A stretch of DNA of 64,000 bases from a virus (IMGVR_UViG_3300021400_000027:96001-160000), one strand, 5' to 3'; counted from the stretch's first letter, positions 22,740-29,501 are shown. The notes: generated by a model not told the origin, from the letters alone. Numbers and translations are program-made.

Positions 22740-23042
22740 ATGAGTATGAAGGTTTATGTAGCAGTTCGTTATGAAGATTTTGATTGTCCTGAAGTTAAAG
22801 GCTTTAGTACTTTGGAAAAGGCTCAGAAACAGCTTTATGTCTGGGGCGGACAGCGACTCTTTGATGCATTTCATCGTGCCGGCGTAACAATTGAGGAAGC
22901 TGATGAGAAAGAATTTCTTGCAAAAGATATTATGGGTTCTTGGGTTGAATATGACAAAGACGGCGGAATCGAATCTGTTTGCTGGGGTAGTGAAGGTGAA
23001 AACAAAACAGAATGTTGGATTGAAGAAGTTGAAATTGAATAA
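22740..23042 (+). CDS. hypothetical protein
   Basis: Promoter plus RBS AAGGAG. Confidence 0.6.
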   Translation: MSMKVYVAVRYEDFDCPEVKGFSTLEKAQKQLYVWGGQRLFDAFHRAGVTIEEADEKEFLAKDIMGSWVEYDKDGGIESVCWGSEGENKTECWIEEVEIE

Positions 23043-23061
23043 AACATAAGCACTTAAAAAT

Positions 23062-23100
23062 TTGATTTCTTTTTAAAAATAAAGTATAATATATATACAA
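23062..23100 (+). promoter_or_regulatory. sigmaA-type promoter (representative of about 25 similar copies)
   Basis: TTGATT-17 nt-TATAAT then ATATATACAA; near-identical copies at 23350 and 23819. Confidence 0.8.
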
Positions 23101-23117
23101 TTTAAAAAGAAAGTATA

Positions 23118-23187
23118 AAGACAGTTCAGCAACTCTTAAAAAAACATTAGCTTTTGGGGACTAATTAGTTTAAACGAAACTGTCTTG
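23118..23187 (+). ncRNA. CAGCA-stem RNA E1
   Basis: AAGACAGTT-CAGCAA...AACTGTCTT-G; internal hairpin with TTTGGG loop. Confidence 0.7.
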
Positions 23188-23193
23188 TTATTT

Positions 23194-23267
23194 GCGTCTG
23201 TAGCTCAGATGGTTAGAGCATCGCTCTTTTAAAGCGAGGGTCATGCGTTCAAATCGCATCAGACGCA
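23194..23267 (+). tRNA. tRNA-Lys(TTT)
   Basis: Cloverleaf; TCGCT-ctTTTaa-AGCGA. Confidence 0.9.
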
Positions 23268-23271
23268 CTAT

Positions 23272-23340
23272 GGAGATGCAGCAGGATATTTATTTATAAA
23301 TTTGAATCTGCATGAGGGTCAAATCCTTCCATCTCCACCA
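23272..23340 (+). ncRNA. truncated tRNA-like RNA with CCA
   Basis: GGAGATG/CATCTCC-ACCA acceptor and T-like arm; no recognisable D or anticodon arm. Confidence 0.55.
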
Positions 23341-23407
23341 TTTAAAAAATTGACTTTTAATTAAAAATTGTATATAATATATATACAATTTAAAAAGAAA
23401 TTTAAAT

Positions 23408-23478
23408 TGCCCGTTCGTCTAAAGGTAGGACAGCAGTTTTTGGCACTGCTGATAGGAGTTCGATTCTCTTACGGGCAA
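23408..23478 (+). tRNA. tRNA-Gln(TTG)
   Basis: TGCCCGT/ACGGGCA acceptor; GCAGT-ttTTGgc-ACTGC. Confidence 0.9.
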
Positions 23479-23486
23479 TCATAAAT

Positions 23487-23561
23487 GCAGGGAGAGCTTA
23501 TTAGGTACAAGCACTCGCCTTATAAGCGAGAGATAGTCGGGTTCAAATCCCACGCCCTGTA
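23487..23561 (+). tRNA. tRNA-Ile(TAT)
   Basis: CTCGC-ctTATaa-GCGAG; bulged T stem. Confidence 0.8.
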
Positions 23562-23563
23562 TA

Positions 23564-23635
23564 AAGACAGTTCAGCAACTCTTTTTAAGAACATTAGTAT
23601 TTGGGAACTGATTAGTTTAAAATGAAACTGTCTTG
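23564..23635 (+). ncRNA. CAGCA-stem RNA E2 (paralog of E1)
   Basis: Same stem as E1; internal loop ttTGGga. Confidence 0.7.
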
Positions 23636-23641
23636 TTATTT

Positions 23642-23714
23642 GCTCCCATAGCTTAGTTGGTAAAGCATCACACTTTTAATGTGAGGAGCGAGAGTTCGAG
23701 TCTCTCTGGGGGCA
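23642..23714 (+). tRNA. tRNA-Lys(TTT)
   Basis: TCACA-ctTTTaa-TGTGA. Confidence 0.9.
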
Positions 23715-23718
23715 TTAT

Positions 23719-23806
23719 GGAGATGTGGCAGAGTTGGTCGAATGCGGCACACTGCTAATGTGTTTGTCATTAAGTTGGCACGAAGGTTCGAATCCTTTCA
23801 TCTCCG
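23719..23806 (+). tRNA. tRNA-Ser(GCT)
   Basis: GCACA-ctGCTaa-TGTGT, long variable arm, G73. Confidence 0.9.
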
Positions 23807-23882
23807 TCAATTAAAAAATTGACTTTTAATTAAAAATTATGTATAATATATATACAATTTGATTTAAAAGTCAAATATAAAC

Positions 23883-23956
23883 TGCCCTGTGGACAAGTGG
23901 CTTAAGTTGGGAGTCTCTAAAACTCTAAGACCTCCGTTCGAATCGGAGCAGGGCAA
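23883..23956 (+). tRNA. amber suppressor tRNA(CTA), Gln-type
   Basis: TGCCCTG/CAGGGCA acceptor (U1-A72 like tRNA-Gln at 23408); GGAGT-ctCTAaa-ACTCT with anticodon at 23917-23919; T arm CTCCG-TTCGAAT-CGGAG. Confidence 0.9.
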
Positions 23957-23963
23957 TCGAACT

Positions 23964-24019
23964 AAGACGGTTCAGCAACTCTATTTATTTGATATGTGGC
24001 TTCAAATTTCTCCGTCTTG
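23964..24019 (+). ncRNA. CAGCA-stem RNA E3
   Basis: AAGACGG-TT-CAGCAA...CCGTCTT-G; hairpin with atGTGgc loop. Confidence 0.7.
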
Positions 24020-24116
24020 AAAGTTCAAATCAATTAAAAATTTGAAATTTCTTTTAAAATTTGCTATAATATTTATAGTAAATGAGAAAGAAAGCCAAAT
24101 TGAAAGGAGCAAGCCT

Positions 24117-24362
24117 ATGTATATTTCAGTTCAGTTTAAGAATAAAAACAAAGAGTTTGTTGGTAAGCATTATGACTATGAATTGCTTCCTGATGAAAAA
24201 GTACCGGCAGTTGGCTCTATTATCCGAATGATGGACGAAAATTATAATTTTGTGTGTTACGGCACAAGAGTTATGGTTACTTCCGTTAAAATGAAAAGTG
24301 CTTCGGCAAAGGTCGCTATCAGATGTCTTGAAACGACACTTGATGATGAACAGGACAGTTAA
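24117..24362 (+). CDS. hypothetical protein
   Basis: Start moved to ATG after RBS AAGGAG. Confidence 0.6.
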   Translation: MYISVQFKNKNKEFVGKHYDYELLPDEKVPAVGSIIRMMDENYNFVCYGTRVMVTSVKMKSASAKVAIRCLETTLDDEQDS

Positions 24363-24416
24363 AAATTTGAAATAAAAAATAAAATGAAGTATAATAATTA
24401 TAGAAATTAAAGAAAT

Positions 24417-24490
24417 GGGAGAGTAGCTCAGTCGGTGGTAGCAAACGGCTGTTAACCGTTAGGTCAAGGGTTCGAGTCCCTTCTCTCCCG
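24417..24490 (+). tRNA. tRNA-Asn(GTT)
   Basis: AACGG-ctGTTaa-CCGTT. Confidence 0.9.
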
Positions 24491-24500
24491 TTATTTAAAT

Positions 24501-24573
24501 GGGGTTGTAGTTCAGTTGGGAGAACGTTTGTCCTGCAAACAAAAGGTCGTGGGTTCGATTCCCACCTTCTCCA
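24501..24573 (+). tRNA. tRNA-Ala(TGC), atypical
   Basis: G3-U70; loop ccTGCaa (C33); two U-U acceptor mismatches. Confidence 0.75.
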
Positions 24574-24577
24574 CTTT

Positions 24578-24654
24578 GGGAACGTAGCTTAGTTGGTAAA
24601 AGCACTCGGCTGATAACCGAGAGACCAGCGGTTCGAGTCCGCTCGTTCCCACCA
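24578..24654 (+). tRNA. tRNA-Ile(GAT)
   Basis: CTCGG-ctGATaa-CCGAG; encoded CCA. Confidence 0.9.
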
Positions 24655-24657
24655 AAT

Positions 24658-24731
24658 GCGGAATTGGTGTAATGGTAGCATTTCTGCCTTCCAAGCAGAC
24701 AGTGGGGGTTCAAATCCCCTATTCCGCTCCA
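24658..24731 (+). tRNA. tRNA-Gly(TCC)
   Basis: TCTGC-ctTCCaa-GCAGA; CCA. Confidence 0.9.
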
Positions 24732-24733
24732 AT

Positions 24734-24818
24734 GGGTAAGTATGCAAACTGGTGAAGCGAGCTGTCTGTAAAACAGTTGCCATTGGCGTTGTAGGTTCGA
24801 GTCCTACCTTACCCACCA
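24734..24818 (+). tRNA. tRNA-Tyr(GTA)
   Basis: GCTGT-ctGTAaa-ACAGT, long variable arm, CCA. Confidence 0.9.
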
Positions 24819-24820
24819 TT

Positions 24821-25034
24821 AAGACAGTTACAGCAACTTCACATAGAAAAGATATTTATTTAGTAAATTTAGTTTGTGGAGTTCTCCCGTGATGTGATAG
24901 GGAGAAAGAATTAAAGTTCGCACTCAACTATAAAGTGCAATAAAAATTTATTTTCGCCGTATAGGTGGCGGAGTTGTTTCGCCGCCGGCGGGTTTCCCTT
25001 GACCTTATAAGGAATTTAAATTTTAGCTGTCTTG
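24821..25034 (+). ncRNA. CAGCA-stem RNA E4 (long, multi-hairpin cargo)
   Basis: AAGACAGTTA-CAGCAA...TAGCTGTCTT-G enclosing about 190 nt with at least four hairpins. Confidence 0.65.
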
Positions 25035-25440
25035 CATAGGTCGCCTAAATAAAGGCTTACCCTTTAAAGTTAAATTTATGCATGGTTTCAGGAAACCGAA
25101 AAATCCGAATCGAAGTTGAGCCGCCATTCAACTTCGTCCTGTGGCGGCAGGTTTTGAGGGTGGAGACCTTTTAAACTCCCGTTTGACGAACGTTATTAAA
25201 GTCTGACAGATGACATAATATTGCTCTAAATAGCCTCATCTAAGAATGGAATTTGAGCAGGTTAGAGTTTATCCTTAAAGCCAACCGGTTGAAAGTCCGT
25301 TGGACGGTAATAATCGTCCAAAGAATGGGAACTATTTGCTGACCTTCACGTGGTGTTTCTGAGTTTGGCTAACAGCAAAAAGTGATACTCGGCTTTATAG
25401 TTGAGAAAGTTATCCGAGTTAAACGCTTCTCAACAAAATT
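25035..25440 (+). ncRNA. candidate large structured ncRNA
   Basis: ORF-free, GC-richer, many helices and two apparent pseudoknots. Confidence 0.55.
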
Positions 25441-25452
25441 TATTAGATAGGA

Positions 25453-26037
25453 GTGATAACTTTGGTTGGAAATTGGGACATTAATGTTGTTGTAGGTAAG
25501 CTTCCGCAGAAAGTTGCTACTGCTTTTGCAAATCTTGGTGAAACAATTATTGGAGCAACATATACTCCAATTGCATATATTGGTTCACAGATTGTGAATG
25601 GAGTAAATCATGCGGTATTGGCTGAACAGACAATTATTACCGGCAGAGATACAAAGAATATCGTCTTAATTATTTTTAATGAAAAACCAGAGGGTGTTTC
25701 GTTAGTTAATATTGAGAGAGTTGTTGAAGGCGGTTTGGAACTCGGCGGAACAAAAATTGATGTAAAAACTGAAATTCCAGAAGATGCTCAGTCTGCATTC
25801 AATGAAGCAATTGGTAGCTTTGTTGGTTCTACAGTAGAACCCTTTGCATTAGTTGCAACTCAGGTTACAAAAGGTACGGACTACATCTTTGTAGCAACTG
25901 TTAAGCCTTTGGCACTTGAAGCAAAAGCAACTGTTGCTCTGGTTACGGTGAATACTCTTGAAAAGAGAATTTCCTTTATTGATGTGATTCAGCCGAATCT
26001 TAATAAAGCAAGTCTTGGATATGCTTTTACTTGGTAA
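25453..26037 (+). CDS. protein with internally duplicated domain (cystatin-like QxxxG motifs)
   Basis: PIAYIGSQIVNGVNH and PFALVATQVTKGTDY halves. Confidence 0.6.
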   Translation: MITLVGNWDINVVVGKLPQKVATAFANLGETIIGATYTPIAYIGSQIVNGVNHAVLAEQTIITGRDTKNIVLIIFNEKPEGVSLVNIERVVEGGLELGGTKIDVKTEIPEDAQSAFNEAIGSFVGSTVEPFALVATQVTKGTDYIFVATVKPLALEAKATVALVTVNTLEKRISFIDVIQPNLNKASLGYAFTW

Positions 26038-26134
26038 TAGGGAGATTAAATTCTCCCCTACCAATTAAAAATTTGAAATTTCTTTTAAAATTTGCTATAA
26101 TATTTATAGTAAATGAGAAAGAGATAAAAAAAAT

Positions 26135-26210
26135 AGCGGAGTGGAGCAGTTGGTAGCTCGCAAGATTCATTATCTTGAGGTCGTAGGTTCAAGTCCTGCC
26201 TCCGCAACCA
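26135..26210 (+). tRNA. tRNA-Met(CAT), initiator-like
   Basis: 1:72 mismatch; CAAGA-ttCATta-TCTTG; CCA. Confidence 0.85.
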
Positions 26211-26217
26211 GCACTTA

Positions 26218-26348
26218 AAGATACGTACAGCAAACCACTTAGCTTAGGAATTTTAATCCCCGTGATGCAGGTTCGAGTCCTGTCTTTACAGTCTTTACTG
26301 TAAAGTAGCTTAATTGGCAGAGCAGGTAAATGCAAACAACGTATCTTG
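26218..26348 (+). ncRNA. CAGCA-stem RNA E5 with circularly permuted tRNA-Lys(TTT)
   Basis: AAGATACGT/ACGTATCTT stem; order is anticodon loop, T arm, acceptor hairpin, D arm. Confidence 0.8.
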
Positions 26349-26354
26349 TTAAAT

Positions 26355-26429
26355 GCCTCATTAGCTTAGATGGTCGAAAGCACCCGACTCTTAATCGGGG
26401 GAGCATGGGTTCAAATCCCATATGGGGTA
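26355..26429 (+). tRNA. tRNA-Lys(CTT)
   Basis: CCCGA-ctCTTaa-TCGGG. Confidence 0.9.
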
Positions 26430-26433
26430 CTAT

Positions 26434-26510
26434 GGCGGTGTAGTTCAGTAGTGTAGAACATCGGACTGTCACTCCGAAGGTCGCCGGTTCGAGTCCGGTC
26501 ATCGTCGCCA
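26434..26510 (+). tRNA. tRNA-Asp(GTC)
   Basis: TCGGA-ctGTCac-TCCGA; GCCA end. Confidence 0.9.
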
Positions 26511-26512
26511 TA

Positions 26513-26636
26513 AAGACACATCAGCAAAACAATTCTTTTGCATTGGGAGCATGAGTTAGAGGTTCGATTCCTCTATCCACGACCAAATTATACTGTGGAT
26601 TGGTGAAATGGTATCACGCATTATAAGTGTGTCTTG
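26513..26636 (+). ncRNA. CAGCA-stem RNA E6 with circularly permuted tRNA-Pro(TGG)
   Basis: AAGACACA/TGTGTCTT stem; 3' half ending ACCA precedes the 5' half. Confidence 0.8.
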
Positions 26637-26642
26637 TATTTT

Positions 26643-26715
26643 GCTTCTGTAGCACAATTGGTAGTGCATCTCACTTGTAATGAGAGGGTTGTAGGTTCGA
26701 GTCCTATCAGAAGCT
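26643..26715 (+). tRNA. tRNA-Thr(TGT)
   Basis: TCTCA-ctTGTaa-TGAGA. Confidence 0.9.
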
Positions 26716-26719
26716 CTAT

Positions 26720-26793
26720 GCCGGTGTAGCTCAGTTGGTAGTAGCGTATGCCTGAAGAGCATAGCGTCAGAGGTTCGATTCCTCTCGCCGGCA
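26720..26793 (+). tRNA. tRNA-Phe(GAA)
   Basis: TATGC-ctGAAga-GCATA. Confidence 0.9.
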
Positions 26794-26799
26794 TCAGTT

Positions 26800-26926
26800 A
26801 AGATTCGTCAGCAGAAGTATTTCAAAATTTACATACACCAAATGCCAGTATGTATGGTGTAACGGTAGCACACTCACCAGTTAAGTGAGAGGTAAAGGTT
26901 CAACTCCTTTGGCAGAACGAATCTTG
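26800..26926 (+). ncRNA. CAGCA-stem RNA E7 with permuted tRNA-Asn(GTT)-like cargo
   Basis: AAGATTCGT/ACGAATCTT stem; TACATAC-ACCA precedes GTATGTA plus D, anticodon and T arms. Confidence 0.75.
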
Positions 26927-26930
26927 TTTC

Positions 26931-27002
26931 CGCCCTATCGTCTAACGGTTAGGACATCGCACTTTCTATGCGAAAATCCCAGTTCGAGTCTGGGTAGGGT
27001 GA
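26931..27002 (+). tRNA. tRNA-Glu(TTC)
   Basis: TCGCA-ctTTCta-TGCGA (U37). Confidence 0.85.
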
Positions 27003-27049
27003 TTAAGCGTTATTAAAACGCAAAAATAAGTAAAAGGAGAAGAGAGGTC

Positions 27050-27553
27050 ATGAATACTAAAAAATTTTATCGTGGTAATGGTCAAATCGTAACCTACGAT
27101 GGAATGATGAAAGTAATTGCAGACTACATCATGGAAGATACGAAAAGTGATTATGAAATCACAGTAGGCACAGATAGCCAAAACCATGACCTAACAAAAA
27201 TGGTTGAAGTTATCGCTGTACATCGTGTTGGAAAAGGTGGTATCTTCTTCTACAGAACAGAATATGTTCGTAAAATTCGAGTTTTAAAAGAAAAAATTGT
27301 TGAAGAAACATCTCGTTCTTTAGAGAACGCAGAGGGGTTATTAGATACAGTTCAACTTTATTTACTCGAAAAAGATATTGATATTGACAAACTCAATATT
27401 CATTTTGTAATTCATTGTGATATTGGTCATGCCGGCAAGACACAAGCACTTATTAAAGAAATTGTTTCTTGGGTTCAGTCTTGTGGTTATGAATGTCAGA
27501 TTAAGCCAGATAGCTATGCTGCGTCTGGTATTGCAAACAAAATTTCTAAGTGA
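27050..27553 (+). CDS. RNase H-like YkuK (DUF458) family protein
   Basis: VGTDSQ, R.GKGG.FFY, ET..S, IHCDIG..G.T, IKPDSYAAS..A. Confidence 0.85.
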   Translation: MNTKKFYRGNGQIVTYDGMMKVIADYIMEDTKSDYEITVGTDSQNHDLTKMVEVIAVHRVGKGGIFFYRTEYVRKIRVLKEKIVEETSRSLENAEGLLDTVQLYLLEKDIDIDKLNIHFVIHCDIGHAGKTQALIKEIVSWVQSCGYECQIKPDSYAASGIANKISK

Positions 27554-27558
27554 ACAAT

Positions 27559-27662
27559 GCGTTGATAGCCAAGCATTAAAAGGCACTAAGACAATAGGAG
27601 TCCTTGTCGTGGGAACTTCACCCACATGGAATGCGTGTGATTGAAACTGCACACTCAACGCT
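27559..27662 (+). ncRNA. enlarged tRNA-like RNA
   Basis: GCGTTGA/TCAACGC acceptor-like stem, D-like arm, three further hairpins. Confidence 0.55.
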
Positions 27663-27665
27663 TTT

Positions 27666-27749
27666 GCCGCTGTGGTGGAATTGGCAGACACAAGGGACTT
27701 AAAATCCCTCGGAGTAAAATCCGTACCGGTTCAAATCCGGTCAGCGGCA
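27666..27749 (+). tRNA. tRNA-Leu(TAA)
   Basis: AGGGA-ctTAAaa-TCCCT, long variable arm. Confidence 0.9.
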
Positions 27750-27753
27750 CTAT

Positions 27754-27814
27754 AAGACGGTTACAGCAATCTTTAAGGATTTATTTGGTTCGATTCCAGA
27801 GGTTTTCCGTCTTG
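27754..27814 (+). ncRNA. CAGCA-stem RNA E8 (T-arm cargo)
   Basis: AAGACGG/CCGTCTT stem; TGG-TTCGATT-CCA T-loop hairpin. Confidence 0.7.
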
Positions 27815-27845
27815 AAGATTTTATTTTGAAAAGGAGATAATCTAA

Positions 27846-28460
27846 ATGAGAAAAGTTATTATTGTTATTTTATCCGTTATTGCTATTGCGACAATTGTAC
27901 TGCCTGAGGGAGAGTACGGTCCGGTAACTATTACTTCTTACGCCGCAGAGGGACAGTTTAATTCAAATGGATTACAGGCTAATAACCTTGGTATTCCTAT
28001 TAATGAATTTGTTGACGCTCCGGCAACAGCACCAATTCCTTTTGGTCAGCTTGTTGATGCTCCTATGACTGCACCAGTATCAGTTCCTTCTGATAAGTTT
28101 GTTGATGCTCCTATGACTGCACCGTCAGCGGAGACTTCTATGACTACAACTACAAAAGAAACTACAACTACAGCTGAACTTGTGTCAGCTCCAGAAACCG
28201 CACCAGAAGTTTTAGATACTGCTCCAGCGACAGCACCAACAACTACTACCTCAACCACTACTTCAACTACTACTACAGTAACAACCACCACAACTACAGC
28301 TACCACTTCGGCTTCAACCGTTTTGGCAGATATGAAGTGTGCAGATGGTGCTGAATTAAGAGTAAGTGAAGATTCAAACGGTAAGGTTGAAATTGAAGCA
28401 TCAGGCGAAAAAGACTTACTTAAAGAAATTTTTGGTTTTATTAAAGACCTGTTTTCTTAA
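27846..28460 (+). CDS. secreted Thr/Pro-rich protein with (D/S/T)APxTAP repeats
   Basis: Signal peptide, five APxTAP repeats, poly-Thr tract. Confidence 0.7.
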   Translation: MRKVIIVILSVIAIATIVLPEGEYGPVTITSYAAEGQFNSNGLQANNLGIPINEFVDAPATAPIPFGQLVDAPMTAPVSVPSDKFVDAPMTAPSAETSMTTTTKETTTTAELVSAPETAPEVLDTAPATAPTTTTSTTTSTTTTVTTTTTTATTSASTVLADMKCADGAELRVSEDSNGKVEIEASGEKDLLKEIFGFIKDLFS

Positions 28461-28479
28461 GCGGTTCGCCGCTTAATAT

Positions 28480-28553
28480 CGGGGATTACGTCAATTTGGT
28501 AGACGGCGGCATTTGGGATGCCGAGGCTGCGAGTTCGAGTCTCGCATCTCCGA
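28480..28553 (+). tRNA. tRNA-Pro(TGG)
   Basis: CGGCA-ttTGGga-TGCCG. Confidence 0.9.
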
Positions 28554-28643
28554 CTAAAGCACCTAATGCGGATATGGTGCTATATTTTCATGGTGATTAC
28601 CTCCTAAAATTGCCAAAGTTGTGTCGCTTGGCGGCACAACGCT

Positions 28644-28722
28644 GGGGATATGGTGGAATGGCAGACACGCTTGCCTTAGAAGCAAGTGCTTCGGCGTGAG
28701 AGTTCAAGTCTCTCTATCCCCA
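28644..28722 (+). tRNA. tRNA-Leu(TAG)
   Basis: CTTGC-ctTAGaa-GCAAG, long variable arm. Confidence 0.9.
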
Positions 28723-28729
28723 CTAAAAT

Positions 28730-28802
28730 GGAGTCGGTAGTGTAATGGCTAACACGTCAGTTTGTGGCACTGATAATGAGAGTTCGATTCTCTCCCTTCT
28801 CC
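28730..28802 (+). tRNA. tRNA-His(GTG)
   Basis: Encoded G-1:C73; TCAGT-ttGTGgc-ACTGA; two acceptor mismatches. Confidence 0.85.
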
Positions 28803-28891
28803 CTTGGTGCGCAGGTTTGATGCAATGCGACATGTTCAGAAATCCGTGTACTATAGAGTATTCCTGCACAATCTATAGCGGTATTTAATTA

Positions 28892-29037
28892 AAGACACTA
28901 CAGCAAAACATTTCTAAATGGACTGTAAATCCGTTGGGGAAGTCCCTTCGTAGGTGCAAATCCTATCCTCGCCCACCAAAATATGGGCGAGTAGCCAAGT
29001 AGACAAAGGCGACGGACCATATATTAAAAGTGTCTTG
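28892..29037 (+). ncRNA. CAGCA-stem RNA E9 with circularly permuted tRNA-Tyr(GTA)
   Basis: AAGACACT/AGTGTCTT stem; GGA-ctGTAaa-TCCGT, variable arm, T arm, CTCGCCC-ACCA, linker, GGGCGAG, D arm. Confidence 0.85.
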
Positions 29038-29041
29038 AAAT

Positions 29042-29122
29042 GTGGAGATGCCAGAGTGGTTGATTGGGACGGACTGCAACTCCGTTGCGTAAGCCTCGTC
29101 GGTTCGAATCCGACTCTCCACT
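29042..29122 (+). tRNA. tRNA-Cys(GCA) with long variable arm
   Basis: ACGGA-ctGCAac-TCCGT; U73; 12-nt variable region. Confidence 0.8.
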
Positions 29123-29127
29123 TTAAT

Positions 29128-29201
29128 CTCCCCTTAGCTCAATTGGATAGAGCAACGGATTTCTAATCCGTAGGTTGAAGGTTCGAGTCCTTCAGGGGAG
29201 G
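29128..29201 (+). tRNA. tRNA-Arg(TCT)
   Basis: ACGGA-ttTCTaa-TCCGT. Confidence 0.9.
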
Positions 29202-29209
29202 CTTAATTT

Positions 29210-29283
29210 GTCGCTTTAGTTCAATTGGATTAGAACCTCCGGCTACGAACCGGAAGATACGAGTTCAAGTCTTGTAGGCGGCG
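29210..29283 (+). tRNA. tRNA-Arg(ACG)
   Basis: TCCGG-ctACGaa-CCGGA. Confidence 0.9.
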
Positions 29284-29287
29284 TAAA

Positions 29288-29361
29288 AAGACAACTTACA
29301 GCAATTTAATTATATCGCCTTAAGTTTTTCCTGTACAGTGATATGTCAGGGTGTTGTCTTG
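29288..29361 (+). ncRNA. CAGCA-stem RNA E10
   Basis: AAGACAAC-TTA-CAGCAA...GTTGTCTT-G. Confidence 0.7.
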
Positions 29362-29369
29362 ATTTAATT

Positions 29370-29458
29370 GGAAGATTAATTCAGCCGGCGCTGAACCTCG
29401 TCTTGAAAACGAGTGGTGCGGTGAAACGCATGGGGCTCGACACCTCAGTCTTCCGCCA
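29370..29458 (+). tRNA. tRNA-Ser(TGA)
   Basis: CTCGT-ctTGAaa-ACGAG, long variable arm, GCCA; atypical T loop. Confidence 0.85.
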
Positions 29459-29466
29459 CTAACCTT

Positions 29467-29501
29467 AAGACCTTACGGCATTAAATTAAATAAAGGTCTT
29501 G
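29467..29501 (+). ncRNA. minimal CAGCA-stem variant E11
   Basis: AAGACCTT-A-CGGCA...AAGGTCTT-G just upstream of the Ro-like gene promoter. Confidence 0.5.

Noticed and set aside
23957-24020. Theta (HDV-like) ribozyme after the suppressor tRNA
   Set aside because: The downstream sequence is element E3, and I could not build the nested double pseudoknot.
26815-26832. Opal or selenocysteine (TCA) tRNA
   Set aside because: Only a TTTCAAA word in a weak hairpin with no cloverleaf; TGA is used as a stop in many genes.
26931-27002. Second CTA suppressor tRNA
   Set aside because: In the loop CTTTCTA, positions 34-36 are TTC (Glu); CTA is off-register.
24495-29166. Short track ORFs over the tRNA cluster (e.g. 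24495, 24589, 26239, 26556, 27641, 28496, 28954)
   Set aside because: They are shadows of tRNA and ncRNA genes.
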